Shown here piece by piece: positions 1-10,165 of a DNA stretch of 64,000 nucleotides. The notes beneath the pieces are model-generated. The model was not told the DNA's origin, searched no databases, and saw only the letters and a program-made list of their open reading frames with translations. Position numbers and translations under genes: made by a program. Where the stretch lies: the NCBI GenBank assembly GCA_043812915.1, contig JBDRLQ010000001.1:28019-92018 (forward strand), given 5' to 3'. This stretch comes from Candidatus Micrarchaeota archaeon. GTDB taxonomy: Archaea; Micrarchaeota; Micrarchaeia; Anstonellales; Bilamarchaeaceae. The first letter of the stretch is position 1. Each line of letters starts with the position of its first letter.

Positions 1-615
1 CTGGCCGCTCCCTTCAATCACAACCGGCAGCCCCTGAGCCTGAAGCGCCTGCGTGATGCCCGTCCTGAGGCCGTCTATCAGCTCGCGATCCTCATCCGCA
101 TTTCCGAAACCTAAACGCCTTGTGATTTCAGCAAAATCCGTAAGTTCTATTCTTCTTGTGTCCCTTTGATCGGCCATCCTCACAACGTCTGTGACGATCT
201 CTTCCCGCAGGGCTGAGAATGATGCGATGACCGAGTTCCTTAATTCATTCATGTCAACTGTTGTCCCACCAGCGCCATGCCTAATCCATGAGGTCCCCTC
301 ATTGGTAACTTGGAAGTACCACTGGAGCTGCCATCCAAGGTCTATCCGCAAATCTTCCATTGGCGAGTTTGCGGCAGTAATCAAGCCCTGGAGCGCATCA
401 TGAATCGCGCCCGGGCCCCTCCCCTGGCGCCCTATCGCCTCATGAAGCCTCTGCAGGTCTGCTGCAGAGGGCACATCAGTGAAATTAGCCTCTACAAAAA
501 CGCGCATTGCTGCATCAAAAGCCTGTCCTGCCCTGGCTCTTGCCTGCGCTTCTGTTGGCATCTGGACTGTGACATCAGCTGGCCTTCTTTCTGGTTCTGC
601 CATTGTTCCACTCAT
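1..615 (-). CDS. Hypothetical protein, 3'-truncated by window edge (MSGTMAEPERRPADV...)
   Basis: Manually translated: ATG at 615, open to position 1, preceded by AGGTG RBS-like motif; not in ORF track because the stop is outside the window. Confidence 0.65.
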   Translation of the reverse strand, partial: MSGTMAEPERRPADVTVQMPTEAQARARAGQAFDAAMRVFVEANFTDVPSAADLQRLHEAIGRQGRGPGAIHDALQGLITAANSPMEDLRIDLGWQLQWYFQVTNEGTSWIRHGAGGTTVDMNELRNSVIASFSALREEIVTDVVRMADQRDTRRIELTDFAEITRRLGFGNADEDRELIDGLRTGITQALQAQGLPVVIEGSGQ

Positions 616-648
616 AAGTTACACCTGAATCAACATTACTTGGAAAAT

Positions 649-1248
649 CTAATAAATCAACCATTCAAGCGGGCTTGCGAGGTCGAGTTCCCACCTCGCC
701 CGCTCTGTTTCTATCCGAAGCCTGGAACCCTCAACACTCAAGTTTGTGATTCCCTGAGCCTCGGCATCCCTGATATTCACTGTATACGCGTTTGAAATGA
801 GGAACCCCCCTGCAATCGAGCCAAGCATCCGCCTTCCTGCAAGGGCATCATCCATGCCCAAAACCACGATAATCCTGCCAGGGGCGCGAATGAGGCTATA
901 TGATTGTGTGCATGAGATTTCAGTGGCGTCATCAAAAGCAGAATCCACTGCAATTGAAACGGTCCTTCCAGTCCCGACATATGTCAGCTTCCTCTCTTCC
1001 ACATTCAGCCTACATTCCCCCTCCCCTATCCGTCCGGTGAGAATTCGGTTGCCTGCTGACTGTTCGCTCTGGCTTACCGCCGGCCTGCTCTGGTGCGGGC
1101 CGGGGCTAGTCGGCCATGACTCCTGGTGCGCACAGCCTGAGAATCCGAGCGAAAGAATCACGGTCTTGAGCAGCCTGCCAGCTCCCAAGCTGTTTCTTTG
1201 CTTCTTCGGGGCAATCTCCTCCCCCATCAGTTTCCTGCCCTTATCCAT
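649..1248 (-). CDS. Hypothetical lipoprotein
   Basis: Basic N-terminus, hydrophobic stretch and lipobox-like LGFSGC; upstream TTTTTAAA promoter-like motif. Confidence 0.6.
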   Translation of the reverse strand: MDKGRKLMGEEIAPKKQRNSLGAGRLLKTVILSLGFSGCAHQESWPTSPGPHQSRPAVSQSEQSAGNRILTGRIGEGECRLNVEERKLTYVGTGRTVSIAVDSAFDDATEISCTQSYSLIRAPGRIIVVLGMDDALAGRRMLGSIAGGFLISNAYTVNIRDAEAQGITNLSVEGSRLRIETERARWELDLASPLEWLIY

Positions 1249-1280
1249 TAGGGTATATTATCTACAACAGTTTAAAAACC

Positions 1281-3551
1281 CTACCCGATGATAATCCGGG
1301 CATTGGCCTTCCAGGCCTCAATGGCCTCCTTGAATTCCGGCTTCTGCACAAACAGTATGCTATCGAGCTCCTTGTCCCTCATGTAGACAAGCACGGTCTT
1401 GGTGCCGATTGCCGCGAAGCTTGTCGGCTCGCCCTCGCCCAGGTTCTTGCCGAGCGAGACGAGGTAGTTCTTCAGCTTTATCGCCAGGATTTTCTGGACA
1501 GTTTCGCTGCCGCTGCCCATCTTCGCAAGAACTACCTGCTCATTCTTGAGCACCACGACCCCGCTGTAGAGGCCCTTGGTCATCATGGACGCGAACAGCT
1601 TCTCCGGGGACACCTGCTTTTTCTTTATCGCATTGCCCTCAAACGACACTCCCTGCGCCTTATGGGCCTTGGCGTACCTGCTCATCGCCCAGTTCCTGAG
1701 TGAAGTCGGGACGGTCACAAGCGAGGTCGGGTATACCTCCCCCTGCTCTATGAGCATCTTGTCCATCGCTTCCTCCCATTTGGCCCAGTTCTCCTCGGCA
1801 AGGCGCTGCTTCTCATTCAGCTTCTCGATTGCCCCTTCGACCTTGGCCAAATCGTCATCGATGATTTTCCGGTTCCTCGCATCCATCTTCTTGGAGATCG
1901 TCGCAATCTTGTCGGCCTTGATTGAGGTGACGATGTCGTATTCCTCCCCAACTTCGAACTCCGAGGCGCTGGCCTTCTTGACAAGGTCCGAGAGGTCCTT
2001 CACCCTTTCCATGAGCAGGTCTGCCCTGGTGTGGAAGAGCTCCTTCTCCTCCCGTATCGCCACCCCATAAGCGCGCTCGAGCAGCATGATTTTCAGCAGG
2101 TTCTCTATTGTCGTGTATGTCAGCAGCAGCCCGATGAAGCCACATGCCGCTCCGACAAGCCCCCACCAGTTCACAAGCATGAATTCCACCGGCCCCAAAT
2201 CAATAATTGATTCAGGTGCAGGTGCCTCGGGCGCCATGAACAGCGCGGTTCCGAAGCCGGCGGCCAGGAGCACGATGGCTATCACCAGATCGGTCTTCCA
2301 TCGTATCTCGGTCCTTCCAAGGGCCTTGCGCACGCCGACCATCGCCTTCTCCCCAGCGGCTTTGGCGCGCAGCATTGAAACGAACAGTGTGATTATGGTA
2401 TATGCTATGAACAGCACCACGAGCAGCAGGCTGGATATGATTCCAAGCGAAAGATAGTAGTTCCGCGTGGTGGAATACAGTTCCATGAATACCGCGTTCA
2501 CCGGTTCAAGCGCGATAAGGTTCAGCCCTTTCACGGTGAGCTTGGGGACATAATACTTGTTCGCGACGGATCCTGGGGGCGCGGTCGAATCGAAGCTGTA
2601 CATCAGCATGTACTCCTCCTCGGCGACCTCGAGCGGGTTCCACTCCACCATGACATTGGCCCCGTCAGTAGTCGCGATTTCCTGGGAGGAGCTAAGTTCA
2701 TCCCCGCTGAGGACTGCGCCATTCGGAATCTGCTCCTGGATGCTTATGCTCTCCATGCTCTTCCCAAGGGATTTTTCGCTCGTTATGTCCCTCACGGTGA
2801 GCGTGACGAAATAAGTGTAGCTTTCATTCTCAATAGTGTAATTGCCAATCATCCGCGCGGCTTCGGTGAGCTTGTCAACCCCGAAATCCTCATGGCTGCA
2901 GAGCAGGACCTCATCACGGGTGTATATCGGAAGGGAGTTTATCCTGGCCATGCTGGAGACCACCTCCATCAGGAAGTTGAGGTAGATATCCTTCGCATGC
3001 CCATCCCCGTTCCTCAGCGTAAGCACGTCCTTCCTAGCCTCGAAGAGATTGGCGTTTAGTTCACCCACGCTGCGGATGTACTCCATCATCGAGCCGCCCA
3101 CGACCTCGCTGTAGCTTTCGGTAATCTTCCTGCACTTGACCGAGTTGCTGGAGCAGAGCTTGACGCATGTGCTGACGTCTATGCAATTGACGCTCTGTAT
3201 CCCCAGGTTCTTGGAGCAGGCGAATTCGGCGGTATTCTTCGAGTCTGAGAAATCCTCGAGGGAATTATCGGCCATCAGCAGGTCAAGGTCGGTGATATTC
3301 GCATAAGAAGAGTAAGTGCCTTTGGTGGAAATCGCGACGGCAATCTGCCTCTGCAGTGTCTTTCCCGCACCCTCATTCCTGATTGGCATGAAATTATATA
3401 TTATATAATCAGGATTCCCATCCCCATCCATGTCAGTATGTCTTGAGGAAGTGATTTGCTCGCTCTCCACGCTCGGATAGCTTGCCTGCTCTATGCATCC
3501 AAAGCCGGCAACAAGCATCAGAACTGCTAACAGAAGAACGGCGCCTCGCAT
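1281..3551 (-). CDS. Large membrane lipoprotein: Cys-rich extracellular region, ~3 TM helices, coiled coil, C-terminal Roadblock-like domain
   Basis: 756-aa ORF; lipobox AGFGC, DMDGDGNPD Ca-binding-like motif, Cys cluster, hydrophobic segments, charged coil. Confidence 0.7.
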   Translation of the reverse strand: MRGAVLLLAVLMLVAGFGCIEQASYPSVESEQITSSRHTDMDGDGNPDYIIYNFMPIRNEGAGKTLQRQIAVAISTKGTYSSYANITDLDLLMADNSLEDFSDSKNTAEFACSKNLGIQSVNCIDVSTCVKLCSSNSVKCRKITESYSEVVGGSMMEYIRSVGELNANLFEARKDVLTLRNGDGHAKDIYLNFLMEVVSSMARINSLPIYTRDEVLLCSHEDFGVDKLTEAARMIGNYTIENESYTYFVTLTVRDITSEKSLGKSMESISIQEQIPNGAVLSGDELSSSQEIATTDGANVMVEWNPLEVAEEEYMLMYSFDSTAPPGSVANKYYVPKLTVKGLNLIALEPVNAVFMELYSTTRNYYLSLGIISSLLLVVLFIAYTIITLFVSMLRAKAAGEKAMVGVRKALGRTEIRWKTDLVIAIVLLAAGFGTALFMAPEAPAPESIIDLGPVEFMLVNWWGLVGAACGFIGLLLTYTTIENLLKIMLLERAYGVAIREEKELFHTRADLLMERVKDLSDLVKKASASEFEVGEEYDIVTSIKADKIATISKKMDARNRKIIDDDLAKVEGAIEKLNEKQRLAEENWAKWEEAMDKMLIEQGEVYPTSLVTVPTSLRNWAMSRYAKAHKAQGVSFEGNAIKKKQVSPEKLFASMMTKGLYSGVVVLKNEQVVLAKMGSGSETVQKILAIKLKNYLVSLGKNLGEGEPTSFAAIGTKTVLVYMRDKELDSILFVQKPEFKEAIEAWKANARIIIG

Positions 3552-3661
3552 GTGAAGCTTTCCGAGCTTTCATTTAAATTGCTTACGCAGCCCCCTCTCC
3601 TCCGGCCGGGCAGGAATGTCATTCTGCTTATTTTTAAAACTGTTGTAGTAAAGATAGCATT

Positions 3662-4315
3662 ATGTCTTTTGAACAACGGCGCGTGAGATTCAGCGCCGCC
3701 CTGCAGGGAACAAAAAAGAAACGGCCCGGGCTAACCGGCTTCCTGCTCGATGATTTGAGCGCCCTTGGCATAAACCGCCTGAAAATCGGCGATGTCGCAG
3801 AGAAGATGCGCGAGCACGGGCACTCGGCGGAATTCTATGCCCTGACAGTCCGCGCCGCGCTCGAGAGGCACAAGGTGGAAGCCACCCCGAAAGAGGTCAT
3901 CGACGCCAGAGAAGATGTGTATGGCGCGCCAACATCCGCGCTCTGGGACATCCTTGGCAGGACCAGGACCAAGCCGCTTCTATGCTCGATAAATGAAGTC
4001 CTCGCTAGCAATTCTGCCCTTGCAGAAGAGCTGAAATACATGAATTCCAGGGCGGAGATTGAGTTCGAAATCAGGCACGCTCAGAGGCGCCTGAACTTCT
4101 GTTCGCTCTCCGGGGCGGCCGTTGCGATGGTCACGCAGCTGGCAGCGGCAGCGCATTCCGGGACAACTGCAGGCTCGGTCCTGACCGGAGCCTCATTCCT
4201 GCTAATCAGTTTTTTCGTCATTGGGACCCTTAGCCGCCTATCAACATTAAACGAGGTTCGGGACAGGCTGAGGAAACTGGAAGAATCATCAAACCAGAAG
4301 TCCGGGCAGCAGTAG
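3662..4315 (+). CDS. Hypothetical protein with two C-terminal TM segments
   Basis: 217-aa ORF, TTTTTAAAA ~25 nt upstream, two hydrophobic helices near the C-terminus. Confidence 0.6.
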   Translation: MSFEQRRVRFSAALQGTKKKRPGLTGFLLDDLSALGINRLKIGDVAEKMREHGHSAEFYALTVRAALERHKVEATPKEVIDAREDVYGAPTSALWDILGRTRTKPLLCSINEVLASNSALAEELKYMNSRAEIEFEIRHAQRRLNFCSLSGAAVAMVTQLAAAAHSGTTAGSVLTGASFLLISFFVIGTLSRLSTLNEVRDRLRKLEESSNQKSGQQ

Positions 4316-4347
4316 CTCTATATAAATTTTTTTGGCGCAGCTATGGC

Positions 4348-5625
4348 ATGGCAGCCGGACCAAAGCGCATTCTTAAGGGAGTTCTGGAACTTGTCAGCCC
4401 CAGCAGGAAGGAGGTGCTGGCGGAATCCGCTTTCGCCAGGTCCATAATCAGGAAGATTGCAAACGCCTGCCCGAAAGGATGCAAGGTCGTCCTCGCCGGC
4501 TCGGTCGCAAAAGGGACATTCCTCCGCGATTCCAAGGACCTGGACATCTTCGTCCTTGTCGGAAAGGGGATTCCAAAGGCAAGCATGGAGAACATGCTAA
4601 AATCCATCATAAGGAAGGCGTATCCGGGCATTGGACACCAGCTTAGCTATGCCGAGCACCCATACCTTCGCTTCCATCTGGAGGGCAGGAGGATAGACCT
4701 GGTGCCCGCATACTCCATAAGGCATGCGGGAGAGCGCCTGAGCGCGGTGGACCGCTCGGTGCTGCATACCAAATACATCCTGAAGAACCTTAAGAAATCC
4801 CGGAAGGGGGACGTGCTCCTGCTCAAGAAATTCCTGAAGGCGAATTCGCTCTATGGCGCCGAGATAAAGACCGAGGGATTCCCCGGCTATCTCTGCGAGC
4901 TCCTGATACTAAGATACGGCAGCTTCATGAAGCTGGTTCGCACGGCCCCGGTTTGGAAGCTCCCAATCGTAATCGATTCGGCAAGGCACTACGGAAAAAA
5001 GGAACTGGGAGGGCTTCCGGAAAAATTCAGCTCGTCCCTGGTCGTAATAGACCCGACCGACCGCAACAGGAACGTCGCGGCGGCTTTATCCGAAAAGAAC
5101 CTGAAGGCGTTCATCTCCCTGTGCAGCCGCTTTGCCAAGTCCCCCTCATCCAGGCTCTTCCTGAAGGCACCTCCCACTTTCGCCAGCAATGTCTCTGCTG
5201 CAAAAAGAAAGCACGGGGTCTACCTAATCACCATGCCAAAGCCCGATGTCGTAGATGATATCCTCTGGGGCCAGCTGAAAAAGCTACTGAAGCAGCTCTT
5301 TGCGTCCATGAAGGAGTTCTGCCCCGCGGAGCCATTCGCTGATGATGAAGGCGCTATCACGATTGCCCTGCCGCTTGGCAAATCAGTCCTTCCTGAAAAG
5401 GAAATCCTTCTTGGCCCGCCGCTGGATATGGGTGGGCACCTTGCCCATTTCAGGAAAGCGCACAAGGGCGCCAAATTCATGAAAAAGAATGGCCGGCTCT
5501 GCGCTGTGAGGAAAAGGAAAATCAGAAAAGCGGAGGATGCCATTTCAGAATTCTTCAGGAAATACTCGGCTAAGGGCACGCATCTTTCAAATCCGCTCTC
5601 CAAAATGAAGATTGAAAAAGCCTGA
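4348..5625 (+). CDS. cca: CCA tRNA nucleotidyltransferase (archaeal class I)
   Basis: GSVAKGTFL..DLDIF nucleotidyltransferase motif, YAEHPY, SAVDRS, YGAE..GF.GYLCEL, DP.D..RNVAAA. Confidence 0.95.
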   Translation: MAAGPKRILKGVLELVSPSRKEVLAESAFARSIIRKIANACPKGCKVVLAGSVAKGTFLRDSKDLDIFVLVGKGIPKASMENMLKSIIRKAYPGIGHQLSYAEHPYLRFHLEGRRIDLVPAYSIRHAGERLSAVDRSVLHTKYILKNLKKSRKGDVLLLKKFLKANSLYGAEIKTEGFPGYLCELLILRYGSFMKLVRTAPVWKLPIVIDSARHYGKKELGGLPEKFSSSLVVIDPTDRNRNVAAALSEKNLKAFISLCSRFAKSPSSRLFLKAPPTFASNVSAAKRKHGVYLITMPKPDVVDDILWGQLKKLLKQLFASMKEFCPAEPFADDEGAITIALPLGKSVLPEKEILLGPPLDMGGHLAHFRKAHKGAKFMKKNGRLCAVRKRKIRKAEDAISEFFRKYSAKGTHLSNPLSKMKIEKA

Positions 5626-5627
5626 AC

Positions 5628-6872
5628 CTAGAGCTCAATCCTTTCTCCTAGGACAGGTGCGTTTGCGTCAATCCCGTAGCCTTCCCGCAGCTCCTGCGCG
5701 AATATCTCCGGAGAATCTCCGTGCACAAGGATGACCCTTTCCGGATTGGCCGCTTTTATGAACTGTATGAGCTCTTTCCTGCCCGCATGCGCGGAGAAGT
5801 CCAGGTATTCCACTGGCAGGTCGACCGAGAGCTCCTGGTCATTCTTGATTATGTGCCCTTCGTTCTGGAGCAGCCAGCCGTTCGTGTCCTGCATGCAGTA
5901 GCCCGTGAAGACCACCTTGGACTTCTGGTTCACATTGAACAGGTACCCTAGCACCGGCCCCCCGCTCATCATGCCTGCGCTGCTGACAATCACCGATGGA
6001 GACTGGGTCGCCATGCGCCTGTCCCGCAAGTCCTTTACCAGCGTTACGGTCTGAACATCCTTCCTGAACCTCTTGGCGTCCCGTATGTACTGGGGATTCT
6101 TGAGGTACAGCCTGGTAAGCTCCCTTCCCATCCCGTCAACAAAGACCGGGATGTTCCGGTCGTATTTCCGGATAAGGGAAATCAGTTCCTGCGTTCTCCC
6201 TAGCGAGAATGCGGGCAGCAGGAAATTCCCGCCGCTATCAAGGGTTTCGCGCATCTCCTCCACGAATTTCTGCTCGAGCTCTCTGCGCGGCGGATGGTCC
6301 CTTTGCGCGTAGGTGCTCTCGATAATGAGCGTGTCGACATCCTTTACCTTCTTTGCGCCTTCGTGCATCTGCGTGGCTTCCATCTTGAAGTCGCCTGTAT
6401 AGCACACCCTCTTGCCCTTGTACTCGATATCCACAATCGCTGCGCCGGCGATGTGCCCTGCATCATGCAGCTTTATCCTAGTCTCACCCGTATGCACCGG
6501 CCTGCCATATAGCATGGGGGCCCAGTACTTGAGGGCTTTCTTGTAATGGCCGACCGTGTAGGGCAGATCAGGGCCCATTATCTTCATGGAGTCTTTCCAG
6601 AGGACTTCGCAGAAGTCCCTTGTCGGGGGAGTGGCATACCACCTTATTTTTGAGTTCCTGTAGAAGGCGGGCACGAACCCGCTGTGGTCCAGGTGTGCGT
6701 GGCTAATCACCGCGAAGTCCGGGGTTATGTCATTCGCCGGGTACTGCGCCTGGCCGCTAGGGTCGAATATCTTAATCCCATAATCCAGCATTATGCGCTT
6801 GTCGGTCTGAAGAAGGAAAGCGCTCCGGCCAACTTCGCGTGAAGCCCCGAAGCACTCGAGATGAAACGCCAT
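5628..6872 (-). CDS. Beta-CASP metallo-beta-lactamase ribonuclease (aCPSF-like, no KH domains)
   Basis: GASREVGRS, HAHLDH, AGHI.G, YTGD, ESTY, FSAHA, HG motifs; start placed at MAFHL. Confidence 0.9.
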   Translation of the reverse strand: MAFHLECFGASREVGRSAFLLQTDKRIMLDYGIKIFDPSGQAQYPANDITPDFAVISHAHLDHSGFVPAFYRNSKIRWYATPPTRDFCEVLWKDSMKIMGPDLPYTVGHYKKALKYWAPMLYGRPVHTGETRIKLHDAGHIAGAAIVDIEYKGKRVCYTGDFKMEATQMHEGAKKVKDVDTLIIESTYAQRDHPPRRELEQKFVEEMRETLDSGGNFLLPAFSLGRTQELISLIRKYDRNIPVFVDGMGRELTRLYLKNPQYIRDAKRFRKDVQTVTLVKDLRDRRMATQSPSVIVSSAGMMSGGPVLGYLFNVNQKSKVVFTGYCMQDTNGWLLQNEGHIIKNDQELSVDLPVEYLDFSAHAGRKELIQFIKAANPERVILVHGDSPEIFAQELREGYGIDANAPVLGERIEL

Positions 6873-6926
6873 ACCCTTCAGCATGGCAAAGAAGATATTT
6901 AATACCCGCATGTAATATTTACGCTA

Positions 6927-7331
6927 ATGACCAGTATCGAGGAAATCAAGAGAAATCTTGTAATGTCAATCATATTGATAATCGTGATATTCGCAGTTGG
7001 CTCCATCGCCTACAATTATCTTGAGGGCTGGTCCCTGCTCGATTCAATCTATTTCATAACGATGACTGTTACCACCGTCGGCTATGGGGACATCATCCCC
7101 CACACCCCCGAGGGGAAGGTATTCACGATAGGCCTCGTCTGGATTGGCGTTTCTGTCGCCTTCTTCCTGATTTACAGCATAGCGGCATACAGGGAATCCG
7201 CTTTCGACCGCCACGTGGTGAACAAGCTTGAGATGCTCCGGAACATTACCCTGATCCGGAGGGGCCCTAAGAAAATCGAGAAAAACAGGAGCTCAATCAG
7301 GCCCATCAGGAAGATGCTCGGTGAGATGTGA
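6927..7331 (+). CDS. Two-TM potassium channel pore subunit (KcsA-like, no RCK domain)
   Basis: TTVGYGD selectivity filter flanked by two TM helices. Confidence 0.9.
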   Translation: MTSIEEIKRNLVMSIILIIVIFAVGSIAYNYLEGWSLLDSIYFITMTVTTVGYGDIIPHTPEGKVFTIGLVWIGVSVAFFLIYSIAAYRESAFDRHVVNKLEMLRNITLIRRGPKKIEKNRSSIRPIRKMLGEM

Positions 7332-7389
7332 ATCCCATCCTTTTTTCATTCCTTCCATTCTGAAGTTAACTTATCTGAGGTAAAAGCCA

Positions 7390-8088
7390 ATGTCCGAAAC
7401 GTACTCCGAGAAGTTCCTGAGGAACACCGGCACGCTTGAGCCGAAAGAGCAGAAGAGGCTCCGCGAAGCCGTATTCTGCATAGTCGGCATGGGGGGCACA
7501 GGGGGATTCTGCTTCGAGAACCTTCTTCGGCTTGGCTGCGAGGACTTCATCCTCTTCGATTCCGACAGGTTCGAGCTCTGCAATTTCAACCGGCAGATTC
7601 TTGCGACGGATGAGGTCGTGGACCTTGCCAAGGTGGATGCTGCGGTCCGGCGCGCGAGGGAAGTGAACGATTCGGCCAGGATAAGGAAACTGGAAGCGTT
7701 CGGCCCTCGAACCTCCGGCGAAATCAGGGACTGCGAAATTGTGATAGATGGCACCGACAACCTTCCTGCAAGGGCTGAAATCGCAAAGGCATGCAGGGAG
7801 CATGGAAAGCCCTATGTCTTCTGCTCAGCGGCCTCATCCAGGGGCATAGTCACGATTTTCGATAATTACAGCTTTGAAAAGGCGTTCCAGCTTCCAGAAG
7901 GCCCGAAAGAGCTGGACGGGCGGGGGACCTGCTCCAGCGTGGTGTGCCCAGCGGCATCCCTGGCGGGCACAATCGGGGCGGCGCAGGCGGCCAATTACCT
8001 CCTGGGCAAGCCTTTTGCAAAGGCGCCAGACGCTATTTTCTTCGATATTTTCAGGGAGGATGTTTTCTGGAGGGCGAGGCTCGGATGA
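7390..8088 (+). CDS. ThiF/HesA/MoeB-family E1-like adenylyltransferase
   Basis: VGMGGTGG, D.D.FE..NFNRQ, K..AA, IDGTDN..AR motifs. Confidence 0.9.
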   Translation: MSETYSEKFLRNTGTLEPKEQKRLREAVFCIVGMGGTGGFCFENLLRLGCEDFILFDSDRFELCNFNRQILATDEVVDLAKVDAAVRRAREVNDSARIRKLEAFGPRTSGEIRDCEIVIDGTDNLPARAEIAKACREHGKPYVFCSAASSRGIVTIFDNYSFEKAFQLPEGPKELDGRGTCSSVVCPAASLAGTIGAAQAANYLLGKPFAKAPDAIFFDIFREDVFWRARLG

Positions 8089-8366
8089 TAGAGTACAATC
8101 TAGTGGATTCATGCACCAGCACCAATTCCTTCGAGGTGAAATTCAAGAAGAACAAAATCGATCTCAAGAAGGCCGAGCCGGTGCTGTCAGGCATCGGGGA
8201 GTCGGCGGCGGTTACTCCGGTCGTCCTGCTCTTCAAGATAAAGGGCTATGCGGTCAGTATCTATGCCAGCGGCAGGATGCTGATAAAGAACATAGAAAAG
8301 GCGGAGGCAGATTCCATCGCGAAAGAGCTGGTCTCCACGCTTGAATCCGGGGGTGCGATACAATGA
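8085..8366 (+). CDS. Small protein resembling the TBP-like C-terminal domain of some MoeB proteins
   Basis: ATG overlaps the ThiF stop (ATGA) and its stop overlaps the next ATG; VLLFKIKGYAVSIYASGRMLIKN pattern; ORF-track N-terminal extension probably spurious. Confidence 0.7.
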   Translation: MIEYNLVDSCTSTNSFEVKFKKNKIDLKKAEPVLSGIGESAAVTPVVLLFKIKGYAVSIYASGRMLIKNIEKAEADSIAKELVSTLESGGAIQ

Positions 8367-9022
8367 AAATCGATTTCCATGTGCATACGAAATTCTCCCC
8401 GGATTCGATAATATCCCCGGATGATTTGGCCAGAAAATCAAAGAAGCTGAAAATAATCCCGGCGATAACCGACCACAATTCCATGGGTGCGGTAAAGCAC
8501 CTGCGGAAACTGAAAATCCCATTCATCCCGGGCCAGGAAGTCCATACCGACCGCGGTGATTTGATTGGCCTTTACACAAATGAAGCAATCCCCAAAGGCA
8601 CCCCATTCGCCGAAACGGCGGACAAGATTCATGGGCAGGGCGGAATCACCTACCTTCCCCATATGTACGATATTACCCGCGCAGGGGCGGTGCCGGCGGA
8701 GGGCGAAGAGGGAAAGATGGACATAATAGAGGTATTCAATGCCAGGTGCATGAGCGACATGTTCAACCTGCGCGCCCGCCTTTTCGCCAAGAAGCACAAA
8801 AAGCCTGTCGCTGCCGGGAGCGACACTCATTTCCTGTGGGAATTCGGAACCACTTATACCGGGCTTCCTGATTTTGATTTGGAAAACCCGAAGGAACTGC
8901 TCAAGGCATTGGAAAAGGGGGAAATTGTCGGAAAGAAAGCGCCCTTTTACGTGCGCGGGACTACAAGCATGCTCAAAGCTGGCAGGAAACTGTCAAAGGC
9001 CCTGCTGCTTTCCAGGGAATAG
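8363..9022 (+). CDS. PHP-family metal-dependent phosphoesterase
   Basis: DFHVHT..SPDS, AITDHN, G.EV, PH, GSDTH motifs. Confidence 0.9.
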   Translation: MKIDFHVHTKFSPDSIISPDDLARKSKKLKIIPAITDHNSMGAVKHLRKLKIPFIPGQEVHTDRGDLIGLYTNEAIPKGTPFAETADKIHGQGGITYLPHMYDITRAGAVPAEGEEGKMDIIEVFNARCMSDMFNLRARLFAKKHKKPVAAGSDTHFLWEFGTTYTGLPDFDLENPKELLKALEKGEIVGKKAPFYVRGTTSMLKAGRKLSKALLLSRE

Positions 9023-10165
9023 TCACTCTTTTTTCAGGACAAGCACCGAAGCGTCATCATCTGCAGGGATTAGCGCTCTGGAGTCTCTGGATGGCAGGTT
9101 CAGGTATGCCCCGTCTTTTACAAGGTTCATCCTTGCCCGGACCAGGCCCATCAGCTCCATGCCAAGGCCCTCCGCGTCCTGGAAGGCGGCAAGCATTTTT
9201 CTGATATCGGGCTCTCCGCTGACATCATGTATCCAGCCCTCGGAATCAAGCACAATCCAGAGATTCTTGGTTATGCCATCGCTAACAAGAATGAGCATCC
9301 CGCCTTTCCCGAGCATCCCCTCCGCAGTCTCAATCTTTCTCATGGCCGGAACGTCGCAATCATTTGCCCCGATGGAGCTGTCAACCACGTTCCTCAAAGA
9401 AGCGTATGACCTCAGGCTGAGGGCGCTCAATTCCAGGCGGCCATTCCCAAGCCCGTCATCATGCCACATGCTCTCATAATCCAGGAGCCTCCTGACCTTT
9501 CCGTCAGCGGCGGCATCATAGCCGGCCGAGTCCCCTGCGGATGCGATGAAATACCTGCCATCAGGGCGGACTGCGGCCATGATTGCTGTGGTCCCCCCCT
9601 TAAATTCCTCCATCTCTCTTGGCTCCGGCACCATTGGCTTTGGGGGCGGCGTCGCCTCAGGGTCGTCCTTGCGAATCTCAGCAAGCAGTTCTTCCCATTC
9701 GCGGAGGGCATTCCTCTGGCCACTCAGCACTTTCTCCACCATCGGATTAATCGCCCGCCTTGATGCCTCAAGAAGGAATTCGAGGGCGCCTTCCTGGCTT
9801 TCGATGCCCTTGCCGCTCTCTTGCCAGAGCGAATGGATGCTTTCACACATGACTTTCGGGATTGTGCTCCCGAATGGCCCAAACCCGTCAAACAGCGCAA
9901 TCAGGTGGTGCCCTTCATCAGAAATAATAAGCGTCGCGTCCTGGCAGACCCTCATCGCCCGGTCAATGTGATTTTTTTTGAGCCGGCCCATCACAACCTC
10001 GCTGTAGATTGAGACATCTCCTGCGCGTAGGTGGGCCAGCGAATGTGTGCTCGGATCTTTGGGAAGCATTATCCCTCGCATTCCTTCAACTGCCCCATTG
10101 CCGCTGAACCTGCGCACGTTCTGCTCTCTTACAACTGGCCGCAGTTGTTTTTTCATATCGCCCAC
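9023..10165 (-). CDS. PP2C-family protein phosphatase-like protein
   Basis: CQDA, LFDGFG, GGTTA, AGDS, LVSDGI, DDASVLV motifs. Confidence 0.75.
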   Translation of the reverse strand: MGDMKKQLRPVVREQNVRRFSGNGAVEGMRGIMLPKDPSTHSLAHLRAGDVSIYSEVVMGRLKKNHIDRAMRVCQDATLIISDEGHHLIALFDGFGPFGSTIPKVMCESIHSLWQESGKGIESQEGALEFLLEASRRAINPMVEKVLSGQRNALREWEELLAEIRKDDPEATPPPKPMVPEPREMEEFKGGTTAIMAAVRPDGRYFIASAGDSAGYDAAADGKVRRLLDYESMWHDDGLGNGRLELSALSLRSYASLRNVVDSSIGANDCDVPAMRKIETAEGMLGKGGMLILVSDGITKNLWIVLDSEGWIHDVSGEPDIRKMLAAFQDAEGLGMELMGLVRARMNLVKDGAYLNLPSRDSRALIPADDDASVLVLKKE

